A program made the translations under genes and the position numbers. Positions 47,495 to 60,892 of a DNA stretch of 64,000 nucleotides are shown here, piece by piece (the stretch's first letter is position 1; each line of letters opens with the position of its first letter). The stretch is from Mobula hypostoma (Eukaryota), in contig NC_086097.1 in the NCBI RefSeq assembly GCF_963921235.1, forward strand, positions 248,064,001 through 248,128,000. The letters run 5' to 3'. The notes below the pieces were generated by a model that saw only the letters and a program-made list of their open reading frames with translations, ran no database searches and was not told the DNA's origin.

Positions 47495-50021
47495 ATGTCA
47501 GAATAGAAATAAAACACTTAATTTATTCTTGTGGAACATCCCATACTAATGGAGTAGGAATTCTTATGGATGAAAACATGACAAAAGTGTTTTAGGACAT
47601 TGGGCAATATCAGAAAGAATACTCCTTGTTAGATTCAGAGGACAACCATTTGATTTAGCAATTATACAGGTATATGCACCAACAACAGAGGGAATAAATG
47701 AGGATATAGGTAAATTCTTTGAAGAGCTTAAACAAGCAAAGAATGGATGCAAATCTCAAGATAATATGTCATGGGAGATCTAAATGCTAAAGTAAGGCAA
47801 GGTGCTGATGGAAATACCACAGGAAAATTTGGACTAGGGGAAAGAAATGAAAGAGGCGAGAAATGGGTAGAATGGTGCAAGATGAATAATCAGGTCATTA
47901 TGAATACCTACTTTAAAAACCACCCAAGATGCTTGTGGACCTGGAAAAGTCCAGGTGATAGCACCAGAAATCCAATTGATTTTATTACTATAAACCAAAG
48001 ATTTAGAAACTCAGTGACTCAATGCAAAACATATCCAAGTGCAGACTGTAATAGTGACCATAATCCAGTAGTATGTCATGTAAAAGTAAAACTTAAACTA
48101 AAGAAGCAAAAACCCAAACAATCCCTTGACTACATGCAATTAATTAAAGAAGAAAACGTAAGACAAAACATTACAATTGAAGTAAGAAATAGATTTCAAA
48201 GTCTAGAAATAGAATCAATCATGTAGATAGCAATCATGTAGAAATGAAAAAAAAGAAAAGAATGGTTAAACGAGGAATGTGAGCAAATAGAAAGAATCCC
48301 TATTACTGATCCAAAAAGGTTACATCAACAAATCAAGAATATCACTGGTAAAAAGCTCCTCTGTTCTTCAAGTGGATGTTTGAAAGCAAAGGACGGTACT
48401 ATTGTCATGGAAAAAGATGAGATTATGAACAGATGGACTGAGTATATTCAGGAATTGTTTGAAGACGATCAAGGAGAAAAACTAGAAATTAAGAAAAACT
48501 CTGAAGGTCCAAGTATTTTAAAATCTGAAGTTTGTAATGCAATAAATAAGATGAAGAAAGGAAAGGCAGCAGGTCCTGATGAATTAGTAACAGAACAAAT
48601 TATCGCCCTTGAAGATTATGGAATTGAAAAACTTACTGATTTAATCAATGACATTTATGAGACTGGAATAATACCAGAAGAGATTAAAAAATCAGTATTT
48701 ATCACTCTTCCTAAGAAACCTGGAGCAATAGAATTTGAATTACATAGGACCATAAGTTTAATGAATCAGATCACCAAGATATTTATAAGAATTTTGATGA
48801 CAAGAGCTAAAAGTAAGATACAGGCTGAAATAGGCAAAGAATAATGTGGTTTTGTGAAAGACAAAGGTACAAGAAATGCGATATTGATGTTAAGGATACT
48901 ATCAGAACGAGCTATTCAGGTGCAAAAGGATTTGTTTGTTTGTTTTATCGACTACACAAAAGCATGTGTTAAAGTGAAGCACAATAAGTTATGTGAAATA
49001 TTACAGGAAACTCTAGATCTAGATTTGAAAGACCTTCACGTAATCAGAAATCTCTACTCGGAACAAACTGCCGCTGTAAGAATAGATGGAGAAGTGAGTC
49101 AGTTTATGGAAATCAAAAGAGGCGTTAGACAAGGGTGTGTTTTCTCCCCTGATTTGTTTAATGTGTACAGTGAAACAATATTACAAAAAATAAGAGACGT
49201 CTTGGGAATCAAAGTTGGCAGTGAAAACATCAATAATTTCAGATATGCGGATGACACTGTGTTAATTGCAAGTACGGAGGAAGAACTACAAAACTTAATT
49301 GATACAGTTGTTGAAGAAAGTGCAAAAATGGGTCTATTTATCAACTGCAAAAAGACAGAATGTATGGTGATATCCAAAAAGAAGAAGAATCCTATCTACA
49401 GGCTGAGAATAAATAGGGAAGACATAAAACAAGTGAAGAACTTTTGATACTTAGGAAGCTGGGTGACATCAGATGGCAGGTGCGACTTGGACATCAAAAG
49501 AAGAATAGAGATGGCAAAAGACACCTTCACGAGAATGAAGAGTATACTGACCAATACTAAACTAGGCATGACAACCCACCTCTGAGCACTGAAATGTTAC
49601 ATTTATCCAGTTATGTTACATGGCTCAGAATGTTGGACAATATTTAGTAACATGAGGAAACGAATTGAAGCAGCAGAGATGTGGTTTTTGAGGAGGATGC
49701 AATGAATATGGACGAAACGAATATCTAACGAGGATGTCATGAACAGAGCAAACACGAAAAGAGAAATAATCTATGAGATCATGAAAAGGCAACGTAACTT
49801 CATTGGACATGTGATTAGGAAAGAGGAGTTAGAATGCACGGTAATTATGGGAAAGATTGAAGGGAAGAAAGCAAGAGGAAGACAAAGACAAATGATGATG
49901 GAGACAGCAGCCAGAGAACTGGAAATGAATGCCAATGAATTGATCCACTTGACCTGAAACAGGAGCGTGTGGGCCATGGCAGTAAAAGCTCAAACTGGGC
50001 ATGGCACCTGATGATGATGAT
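47495..50021 (+). mobile_element. RTE-clade LINE, 5'-truncated, APE + RT with several stops and an internal deletion
   Basis: Motifs VYAPT, MGDLNAKV, GKFGLGERNERGE, SDHNPV, GKAAGPD, GVRQGCVFSPDLFNVYSE, FRYADDTVLIA; (TGA)n tail at 50009-50020. Confidence 0.93.
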
Positions 50022-50497
50022 ACTTATCCAAACGTTAAAAAAGAGAGCAAATATAGCAAGTTAGTGTCCATGGATTCAATGTCCATTCAGAAATCTGATG
50101 GCAGAGGGGAAGAAACTGTTCCTAAAACATTCAGTGTGCATCTCCAGGCTCCTGTACCTCCTCCCTGATGGTAGCAATGAAGAGAGGGCATGTTTCAGAT
50201 GGTGAGGGTCCTTAATGATGGGTTGTGGTTTTTGTGATCCAGAGTGCGTACTACAGCAGAGGTGGTAACACCCCTGAGATTGTCAAAGTCACTCACTCTT
50301 GATTCCTGCTTGTTTTTTTTTATTGACGCTACTGGGCAGGAAAATTGGCTGTTAAATTGGTCAGTAATCTGATGGAGCCTCTTCCTCCTAGCATTAAGAG
50401 TTGATAATTTTCTGATTGTCATTTCCAGTGGCATGAAGGGAATAAAATGCTGTGACTGATGCTGGGTCTTCCTGAGATGAGTGCTTTTCTTCTGCAG

Positions 50498-50638
50498 GTC
50501 GAATGGGAAATTGCCGCCGTGCACTGCAGATGATAACTGAGGAACTGCAAGATGTAGACAAGGCGATCGAGTTTGCCAAGGAACAGGATGATGCAGAGCT
50601 CTGGGAGGACCTCATCTCACATTCCATTGACAAACCAC
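50498..50638 (+). CDS. VPS41: VPS41 coding exon, RMGNCRRALQMITEELQDVDKAIEFAKEQDDAELWEDLISHSIDKP(P)
   Basis: ctgcag|GT...C|gtatgt; 141 nt. Confidence 0.97.
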
Positions 50639-51774
50639 GTATGTAGATGGTCTTAAGTTAACTGAAATACTGATCATTTTACTGGGATTAGATTCTGTGT
50701 TTCCCTCGGAAATTTGTCCGTCCATTCACAATGGCACAATCAAATTCCCAACTGGCTATTGCTCCCCTGTGGGGCAACGACCTACCTCGCAATTCCTTCA
50801 TCCCTACTTGCAATCGTGCCCTGGTGAAATCCTTAATCTTCCTCATCTTTTTCATTCTTGAATGTGGGCCCTGTCCTTGCTTCCAAGGACTTCAGCTGGT
50901 TAAATGGCCTAATTCTGCTCCTATGTCTTATCTCTTCCTGAAGTCCAATAGGACTTAGTTCAAGTGCATAAATGGTTTAGGTTCCCATTGCCACATCAGG
51001 CTGGATCACGATCTTAGCCCATTTTCTTCTGCCAGTACCACACTATTAATGGTTGGCTGACTTCTTCACCAATTGCCCTTATTTTTCTTCCATTTCTTAA
51101 TCCTCTGTCCTATCTTTTCCTTCATCACTATCAACAGAAGGTCTCATGGCGTTCTTCATTACCAAGATTGATTCCATTTATTTTCCTTCTCTCTGTGTAC
51201 CAGCCAAACCTTGGCGAGTCGGGGAAAGGGAAGAGGGAGATACAGAAATGATGCTGGGCTCCTCCTTTTGCATCCCATACCTCTGTGGATGAATTTCAGC
51301 CCTGCCCTCGCCTAATATCGCGGGCCTCACGGAGTCTGCCAGCTCCTACTGTTGAACTTCTTGCATCAACCCGTCTTTTAATGCTCCCGTTCCCTCTAGA
51401 TTTGACTGTTTGGAAGATCTTCACTGAAGTGTTCATTTCAATGATCAGTCTGAATTCTGCTGTTCACATCCTAATTTGTACCGAGTCAAAATCGCCCATT
51501 AATAGGAATTTAAATAAATCTTTATTTCAATATCTCCCCCTGTTTAAAATTTTCATCCTCATTTCCCATTCAGTAACCTTTCTCATCTTGTGTGCTTGCA
51601 TGTGCAAGAGATCAAATTTATAAAAATAATTAATACAAAGTTCTGTCACTAATTTTTTTTAAATGATTTATCAACCAACTAACCGGTGAACATGATCTCA
51701 CTGTTTTTGCTCTCCTTTTGCACCACTTATTTAATTATTTTTTTTTAAATTGTAATTTATAATATTTTTATACA

Positions 51775-52103
51775 TCCTGTGCCTAACAAAGTGGCCACTA
51801 AGTGTACAACCTCTAGAGCTTACAGGGGATAGTGTGATACACAAAAAGCATCCAGTGAGCGGCTATTCTATGGGCGAAAACATCTTGTTAATGAAAAAAG
51901 TCAGAGGAGAATGGCCAGAGTGTTGGAAGGTGGCGGTAACTCAAATAACCACGAGATACAACAGTGGTGTGCTCTCAGCTGAACCTCTTGACATCGTCTG
52001 CATGCTTTTATGCATTGAGTTGCTGCAATATGATTGGCTGATTAGATGTTTGCATTAATGTGCAGGTGTACAGGTGTCCCTAATAAAGTAACCACTGAAT
52101 GTA
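51775..52103 (+). mobile_element. Tc1-like non-autonomous element, third copy
   Basis: Shares termini and body with 12915..13372 and 13866..14598. Confidence 0.7.
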
Positions 52104-53128
52104 TACGAAGGATTTGTTAATCTTTAAGTTTCTGGGTAAATGAATGTTTGAGTTTATTTTCATGAGGGATAATTTATCACTTTTAAAGCTACCAGGTAAT
52201 GTTGCAGTTCCATAAAATCCTGGTTAGACCAGACTTGGGGTATTGTGTTCAGTTTGGTCACCTCATGATGGGCAGGATGTGGAAGCTTTGGAGAGGATGC
52301 AGAGGAGATTCACCAAGATGTTGTCTCCATTGGAGACCCTGTCTTATGAGGATAGGTTGAGTGAGCTAGGGCTTTTCTCTTTGAGAAAAAGGAGGATGAT
52401 TTGATAATAATAACAATAATAATAAGTACTTTATTGATCCCGAGTGGGAAATTATTTTGTTACACCAGCAACATTTAAAAATGTGCTTAGCAGTAATAAT
52501 AAATATAACAATAATATTAACTAATAATAAAGTACAGAGTAATAATATACACAATAATAATTTACCAATGTGCAATAATAATGTACAAAATAATAAAACA
52601 GAGACTATCGTACTATGCTGTATACTCTCCTGTTGCAGAGAGATGAACTGTTGTATATACTTACTGCATATATGCTTGTTGATAGATGTGTACAAGATGA
52701 TAAGAGACATAGATCGAATGGACAGCCAGAGACTTTTTCCAAGGTGGAAATGGCTGATACAAAGTGGTATAATTTTCAGGTGATTGGAGGAATGTAAAAG
52801 GGGATGTCAGAGAGTTTTTTTTCCACATAGAGTGGTGGGTGCATGGAACACCCTGCCAGGGACAGGATTTGTTAGGGACAGTTAAGAATGTCTTAGGTAG
52901 GCAGGTGGGTGATAGAAATATGGAGAGTTACGTAGGAGGGAAGGGTTAGACTGATCTTAAAGAAGGTTAAAATATTGGCACAATATTGTGGGTTGAAGGG
53001 TCTGTACTTTCTATGTTCTTAAATCAATTATATTCTTGGGATCTGACATGTGGTGATTCACTGTGTACTTGAACATTGTCCATCAAGTCTAGCCCACTGA
53101 CAATCTGCCTTTTGTACCATCTCCACAG

Positions 53129-53265
53129 CGTTCATCACTGGACTGTTGAATAATATCGGGACCCACGTTGATCCAATTCTCTTGATCCACCGAATAAAGG
53201 AAGGCATGGAGATCCCTAACCTGCGAGATTCTCTGGTGAAGATCCTTCAGGATTATAACTTGCAG
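53129..53265 (+). CDS. VPS41: VPS41 coding exon, FITGLLNNIGTHVDPILLIHRIKEGMEIPNLRDSLVKILQDYNLQ
   Basis: ccacag|CG...CAG|gtcagt; 137 nt; essentially identical to the recalled human peptide. Confidence 0.97.
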
Positions 53266-54010
53266 GTCAGTGCTGAGGAAAGTAAGAAAACGAGGACAAT
53301 TACATTTTCTGCATAATGTTCTTCATCCATCCTCAATGATGTTCCAAGTTTATTGTCACCCGACTGTGCAACCAAACAAAACAATGTTCCTCTGGACCAT
53401 GGTGCACCCACAAAACATAACACACAGCTCATCAACCAAAATATTACCGTAAATAAGTTAATAAAATATCATTCAAAATGCATGCAGTGCAGTTAAACAG
53501 AATACAGTAAATAGGTCGCTGACCCTAGTGACGAGACCTCGGTGGTGGCAGGGTATTAATTCATCTCAAGGGAGGATTCTCTCTATTCTTGGGGCACTGC
53601 TTCTTGAAGATGTCCTCAACTGTGGGGAGCATTGTACCTATGATGGATCTGGCTGAGTCTATGTCAAATTTGGAATCCCTGAATTACCATGATACTTTTG
53701 TGGCAACGTTTTCATCGTAATTAAAAAATTCCATTTGTTGCACGTCAACGATGGCTATGTGCACGGGAGCATTTCAGTAACTGTGCGGCTGTGCACCCGC
53801 ATAGCTTAGCAGGGATCACTGGTTACAAAGCACCTTGGCTTCTGCTGAGATGGTAAGTTTTTAAATTAAAAACACCGACTTTAACACCACCTTGTGCTAT
53901 GTCCTTGCACTAAGCACATCCTAATATTATTTTGGCAAGACAAGTGTCTGAGTGAAGAGAAAACTTTTATTTCATTAATAGTTGCAGCCAATTTCATTAT
54001 TTGCTTGCAG

Positions 54011-54110
54011 ATTTTACTGAGGGAAGGATGTAAAAAGATAATTGTGACTGACTGCTTGGCTTTGCTGAAGAAAATGCATAAAACCCAGATGAGAGGTGTC
54101 CGCGTTGATG
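54011..54110 (+). CDS. VPS41: VPS41 coding exon, ILLREGCKKIIVTDCLALLKKMHKTQMRGVRVD
   Basis: ttgcag|ATT...G|gtaagc; 100 nt. Confidence 0.96.
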
Positions 54111-54350
54111 GTAAGCAACCTTCCACGTCGATCCCTGTGGCAGAGAGGTTATAATAAAGCTTTCACTGACTGATGAATTCTTTTCTTAACTTTGAGTATT
54201 TCTGAGCCATTTAGATAAACACTCTTCTTCAGAATCAGACTCGGGTTTAATATCACTGACCTACAGCATGAAGTTTGTTGTTTTGTGGCAGCAGTACAGT
54301 GCAATGCATAAAATATACTCTAAACCACAATGGGGAATACATAAAATATT

Positions 54351-55270
54351 TCATAGTCATGGTCATAGTCATACTTTATTGATCCCGGGGGAAATTGGTT
54401 TTCGTTACAGTTGCACCATAAATAATAAATAGTAATAGAACCATAAATAGTTAAATAGTAATATGTAAATTATGCCAGTAAATTATGAAATAAATCCAGG
54501 ACCAGCCTATTGGCTCAGGGTGTCTGACCCTCCAAGGGAGGAGTTGTAAAGTTTGATGGCCACAGGCAGGAATGACTTCCTATGACGCTCTATGCTGCAT
54601 CTCGGAGGAATGAGTCTCTGGCTGAATGTACTCCTATGCCCAACCAGTACATTATGTAGTGGATGGGAGACATTGACCAAGATGGAATGCAACTTAGACA
54701 GCATCCTCTTTTCAGACACCACCGTGAGAGAGTCCAGTTCCATCCCCACAACATCACTGGCCTTACGAATGAGTTTGTTGATTCTGTTGGTATCTGCTAC
54801 CCTCAGCCTGCTGCCCCAGCACACAACAGCAAACATGATAGCACTGGCCACCACAGACTCGTAGAACATCCTCAGCATCGTCCGGCAGATGTTAAAGGAC
54901 CTCAGTCTCCTCAGAAAATAGAGGCGGCTCTGACCCTTCTTGTAGACAGCCTTAATGTTCTTTGACCAGTCCAGTTTATTGTCAATTCATATCCCCAGGT
55001 ATTTGTAATCCTCCACCATGTCCACACTGACCCCCTGGATGGAAACAGGGGTCACCGGTACCTTAGCTCTCCTCAGGTCTACCACCAGCTCCTTAGTCTT
55101 TTTCACATTAAGCTGCAGATAATTCTGCTCACACCATGTGACAAAGTTTCCTACCGTAGCCCTGTACTCAGCCTCATCTCCCTTGCTGATGCATCCAACT
55201 ATGGCAGAGTCATCAGAAAACTTCTGAAGATGACAGGACTCTGTGCAGTAGTTGAAGACCGAGGTGTAAA
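54351..55270 (-). mobile_element. Rex1/Babar-like LINE 3' fragment (young, different subfamily)
   Basis: LQKFSDDSAIVG, WCEQNYLQLNVKKTKELVVD, FYESVVASAI, SFLPVAIKLYN; (CTATGA)n tail. Confidence 0.92.
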
Positions 55271-55479
55271 TGAATAAGTAGTTCAAAAAGAGAGTAAATA
55301 TAGTGAGGTGGTGTTCATGGGTTCATTGTCATCTCAGAAATCTGAATATGGAGAAGAAGAAGCTGTTCCTAAAATACTGAATCAGATTTCATATCGCCAA
55401 CGTATGTTATAAAATTTGTTGTTTTGTGGCAGCAGTACAGTGCAATATATATTTTTAAATTACTATAAGTTACAATCAG

Positions 55480-55855
55480 CATGATTACCATTATGTGCTG
55501 CATCGTATGACGTTAGTGATTGTGGTCCTTGGCCATGATTGTTTCTGACAAAAGTTTCTACAGAAGTGATTTTCCATTGCCACCTTCTGGGCAGTGTCTT
55601 TACAAGACGGGTGAGCAGCCTTTGTCAATACTCTGCCTGGCGTCAGTGGTCGCATAACCAGGACTTGTGATCTGCATCAGCTGCTCAAACGACCATCCAC
55701 CACCTGCTCCCACGGCTTCACGTGACCCTGATCCGGGGGGGTGGGGGAGTGGGCTAAGCAGGTGCTATACCTTGCCCAAGGGTGACCTGTAGACTAGCGG
55801 AGGAAAGGAGTGCCTTACGCCTCCTTTGGTAGAGACGTAGCTCCACCCCACCACC
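55480..55855 (-). mobile_element. Near full-length RTE-associated SINE-like element
   Basis: Homologous to 17898..18033, to 30262-30350/31675-31720/32454-32545 and to 32546-32685. Confidence 0.7.
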
Positions 55856-56176
55856 CTGGTCAAAGCGGTGTACCAGAATGTCACCGCTGTCGTATGCAAA
55901 CAGCTACTTGGAGCCACAGGTGAGGGCTGAGTGTCTGGTGGAGACCAAAGGTGAGAGAGCTGCCCCAGAATGGACATGACAAGTCCTTTCACTGGAGGTG
56001 CTACTTCTCCCTCGACACCCCATACATCTCAATTCACAGTAGAACAAAGAAATACAATAGAATCAATGAAAAACTACACACTACAAACAACCGACAAGCA
56101 ACTGAAGTGCAAAAAAAAGATAAATTGTGCAAATGTGAATATTCACGGGGTATTTTTCTGCATCTGTTCTACTGAA

Positions 56177-56404
56177 GTGGGCACGTGGCCAAGTGGTTAA
56201 GGCGTTCGTCTACTGATCTCAAGGTTGCTAGTTCGAGCCTCAGCTGTGGCAGCGTGTTTGTGTCCTTGAGCAAGACACTTAATCACACATTGCTCGAGTC
56301 TGTGCGAGGAGTGGCGCCCCACACAGACTTCCAATCTGTGCCTTGTAAGGCGTGAAAATGCCCGACGCAGGCCTCTCATGGTCTGAGTCGACGTTCCCTT
56401 CCCC
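56177..56404 (+). mobile_element. Full-length tRNA-derived SINE
   Basis: A box TGGCCAAGTGG, B box GTTCGAGCC, TSD GTTCTACYGAA at 56166-56176 and 56405-56415. Confidence 0.85.
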
Positions 56405-57122
56405 GTTCTACCGAATAGATTTAATCGAGATTAATTGAGTCAGATGGTATGATGCAGTAATGGAGGCTACAGAAGTTAAGGGTGAAAGATTAAATGTTGA
56501 TGAGGAGCATGAGGGGGAACTTCTTCACTCAGAGGGTGGTGAGAGTGTTGGACAAGCTGCCAGTTCAAGTGATGAAGGTGTGGTTGATTTCAGCATTTAG
56601 GGAAATTTGGATAGCCTCATGGATGGGGGTGGGGGTGGTGTATGGAAGGCTGTAGCCTGGGTGCACGTCAGTGGCTGATTAATGGTTCGGCACAGGCTAG
56701 ATGGGCCGAAGGACTATTTTCTGTGCTGTCATATTGTGTGACTGTGTGAATGAGAAGGCAGTAGTGGCTTAGCTGATACTGGGCACGTGAAGATAGGAGG
56801 GAGCCCAATTGCCAGCAATTGACACGGTCTTCTGTTGTAAACACCATGTGATCCTTTTCCAGTGGGCATTACTGTTCACTACGTAAAAATAAAGATGTTT
56901 TGTTTTTAAGAAAGAAGAGGAATTTCTTGGTATTGGGTACAAGCCAGTCAATGCTACCCCTTTAAAGATCACTGGCTGAATCTCAAAGAATGCTCCATCC
57001 AGTTCTCTGCAATATGAAGAGCTTGGAGAGGAGTTGTACTGAAGTTATGCCAGGAATAGGGGACTTCACTTATGTGAAGTTGCTGGAAAGACTGGAGCTC
57101 TTCAAGCAGAGACAATTAAAGA

Positions 57123-57660
57123 TAGAAACTTAGAAACATAGAAAATAGGTGCAGGAGTAGGCCATTCGGCCCTTCGAGCCTGCACTGCCATTCAGTATGA
57201 TCATGGCTGATCATCCAACTCAGAACCCTGTACCTGCCTTCTCTCCATACCCCCGATCCCTTTAGCCACAAGGGCCATATCTAACTCCCTCTTAAATATA
57301 GCCAATGAACTGGCCTCAACTGTTTCCTGTGGCAGAGAATTCTACAGATTCACCACTCTGTGTGAAGAAGTTTTTCCTCATCTCGGTCCTAAAAGGCTTC
57401 CCCTTTATCCTCAAACTGTGACCCCTCGTTCTGGACTTCCCCAACATCGGGAACAATCTTCCTACATCTAGCCTGTCCAATCCCTTTAGAATTTTATACG
57501 TTTCAATAAGATCCCCCCTCAATCTTCTAAATTCCAACGAGTGTAAGCCTAGTTCATCCAGTCTTTCATCATATGAAAGTCCTGCCATCCCAGGAATCAA
57601 TCTGGTGAACCTTCTTTGTACTCCCTCTATGGCAAGGATGTCTTTCCTCAGATTAGGGGA
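57123..57660 (-). mobile_element. Young CR1-like LINE 3' fragment
   Basis: ORF 57316..57600 (RLRGDLIETYKILKGLDRLD) and TAGAAACA-type tail. Confidence 0.92.
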
Positions 57661-57859
57661 AATCTAATTAGATGATTGAACTTACATCTTAATTATGAGG
57701 GTATTTGATGGAGGGGAATCCATTCCCAGAATGAACAGCATCTCGCTCCAGACAACATGGGTTTAAGGCAGTGCTGGGAGACATGAGGTTTTGGATAACT
57801 TCACCCGCCATGGAAATGATTCTGCAGCAGAGTGTACAGTAATCTCTATTTTCTTACAG

Positions 57860-57904
57860 AAGAGAACATCTGTGGATCATGCCATTCTCCCATTTTGCCT
57901 GCAG
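57860..57904 (+). CDS. VPS41: VPS41 coding exon, (E)ENICGSCHSPILPA; start of RING-like domain
   Basis: ttacag|AA...G|gtaggt; 45 nt; CxxC motif. Confidence 0.93.
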
Positions 57905-60892
57905 GTAGGTGCCTTTTAAACTGGTCGACGGGTGGGTGAAATTGTGAGAGGAAGGTTAGTCTGGTAAATCTGAGTTACGTGGGACATTATTGTGACCTCT
58001 TTTGGCCAACATAAAAAATAAAACTTACCTCCTTTCTTTATTCACTGGGTCAATTAGTAAATTGGTTTATTATTGACACATTTACCAAGGTACAGTGAAA
58101 AACCTGTCTTGAAAACCAGTCATTCATTACACTGGCCCTTCCAACCCAAAGAGCCCATTCGACCCATTTACACCCACGTACTCACTCATACATCTTTGGA
58201 ATGTGGGTGGAAACGAAGCACCCAGAGGAAATGCACTATACGTGGTCACGGAAAATGTACAAATTCCTTACAGACAGCAGTGGGAATCGAATCTGGGTCA
58301 ACGGTGCTGTAAAGTTTTACACTAACCACTACGCTACCGTGCTGCCCCCTAAATATGCCTTTGCATTTAAAATACGCTAATTGTCTTCATGAGATTCCTC
58401 ACTGTCCACTCATCCTCAAATGTTCTTTTCTCCCCTGTTATCTGCGTACATCTAACTAACCAGAGCTCCTGGTTACTTAACTGTGTTTGAATATTTCTGT
58501 ACTTGTCTCCAAATTTTCAATGCTCACCTGTTCCATTGAGGTACAGATTGTGCCAGGTTTCCAAGTGGGCTAAGTTCCTAGCTGGCCTACCATAGAAATT
58601 ATCTTTCCATAAGACCATAAGATCTTGTACCTTATTGTCTATCTGCACTGCCCTTTCTCTGTAGCTAGACATTTTATTCTGCATTGTTACTGCTTTACCT
58701 TGTTCTACCTCAATACACTGTGTAATGATTTGATCTGTATGCACAGTATACAAGACAAGCTTTTCACTGTACCTCAGAACCATGGACCATAAAATCAAAT
58801 GGTTCTGTTTATCATCAGAGAATGTATACAGTATACAGCCTGAAATACTTAGTCTTCGCAGGCATCCTCGAAAAACAGAAGAACCTCAAAGAATGAACGA
58901 CAGAAAAATGTTAGAATTCCTAACCCCCTCTTCCCCTCCCCCATGCAAGCAGCAGAAAGCCTCATTGCAAAATCCTCCCCCCTGCCCATTTCAGCAAAAA
59001 GCATCAGCACTCCCCCACCCACCGAGGAACAGCGAAGAGAGACCGTGATCTGCAGTCGACAAGGCACAGAGAGGTATCACCCATTTTCACAGCGAAACAG
59101 GAGACTGACAGTCACTGATACGATATTACAGTCTGCCGTGTCAATTTCCCATACAGCTGCCGCAGCGAAATCCCGATGTTCCATCTCCCAGGACACCTCA
59201 GTCGGCAACACCGGCCTGAAATCGGTCATCCACAGGGCCTTGCAGGGCCAAACCCCAGAGGTGCCACCGTCCAAGCCGTGCCTGGGGAATGTCGGAAAAC
59301 GATCGGCCGACAAGATCCAGGAATGGGAACTCGTCCACCGTAAAATAAAAAAACGCAGTTTGAGTGCCACTTGCAGATCAGGACCTTGATAGAACCCCAA
59401 CCACCTTGAGAAGGGAAAAAAGAGACATCACAGAGAGAAATTAAGCTGTTTTGTTGCCGATGAGTTTGAAGAGGCAGTCTGTTGCCACCATCTTAACCCT
59501 GCCCACCTCCGACCGTCAGACACAAACAGGATCAGAATTAGGCCATTGAGCCCATCAAGTCTGCTCTGACATTCAGTCACGGCTGACTTATTTCCCCCTC
59601 AATCCCATTCTCCTTCCTTCTTTCTGTAACCTTTGACACCCTTGCTAATCAAGAACCTGTAAGACTCCACTTTAAATATACCCAGTGATGAACTGACGGA
59701 CCCAGTGGGTCATGGTCTCTTTAAGGGTTTTGCTATTGCATGCCTGTGGGGGGGGTGGGGTTGATGTTTTTACTGAGGCGGGGGGGGGGTTAATGCTTTG
59801 CTGCTGCTTGGGTGTGGGTGGGAGAGGGTGGTCTTTGGGGCTCTATTGTTTTTCTGTCATTCATTCTTTGGGGTTTTTCTTCTGTTTTGTGGATGTCTGT
59901 GAAGAGTAAGAATTTCAGGTTGTAAACTGTATACATTCTCTGATATTAAATGGAACCTTTGAATCACTGCACCATTGACTTGGCCTCCACAGCTGCCTGT
60001 GGCAATGAATTCCACCAATTCACCATACTGTAGCTAAAAAGTTCCTCCTTTTCTCTGTTCCAAAGAGACATTGTTGTATGTTCCCTCTGGTCCTAGACAT
60101 CCCTACTACTGGAAACTCCATTCTGTGTTTCCCGAATTGATTTCAAATCCCGTTTAACCTGCTAGAGTTTTGTTGTGTATGGTTACTCTGTGCACCCAGT
60201 GAGTTTATAACTGAACAATGATAAACTTCGACCTCATTTTTCTTTTAAACTCTAGCTCAATCTTCCTTTTGCAAAAATGTTTGATATCATTTGTTGTTTG
60301 ACCGGTGTTTGGTTCTCTCCATCAACTCCTTTCTATTTCTGAATGTGTTGATTTTCAGGGCAGTTTCTGGAAATACTGTGTAAGGCAGTGAGTGGGCATT
60401 GGGACACATTATGCTTGCAGCAAAAACTCCTTCCCAAGCAGATTTAACTAACTTAGAAAATCTCAAGTGTGGGGATTTAAGATTCAAGATTATTTATTGT
60501 CATTCATCAGTACAGAAGTGTAAAGGAGAATGAAGTGATTGTTACTCTGGATCCGATGCCGCATAAAAACATACAATAAACATTGAACACAATTAAAATC
60601 ATAATAAATATGAACACAAAAGAAAAAACACAATCTGTGGCAACTTCTCAATGAAAGCAGTATGATTTCTACAGAAAATTGAAGATGATTAGACGTATTA
60701 AGTGTATACAATTTATTAGAACATTATATCACAATGTTATACCAATCTTTTAACCTTCTCTAAGATCAATCTAACCCTTCCCTTCTACATTGTCCCTCCA
60801 TTTTTCTATCAAGCATATGTCTGTCTAAGAGTTTCTTAAATGCCCCTAACATATCTGCCTCTACCACCACCCCTGGCAGGACGTTCCACCGG

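Noticed and set aside
56177..56250. Possible tRNA gene
   Set aside because: A and B boxes are present, but it continues into a SINE body with a tail and an 11-bp TSD, and I see no clean acceptor stem.
58782..59400. Cluster of overlapping ORFs of 70-150 aa
   Set aside because: No recognisable protein motif or supported exon structure; looks like an unclassified repeat.
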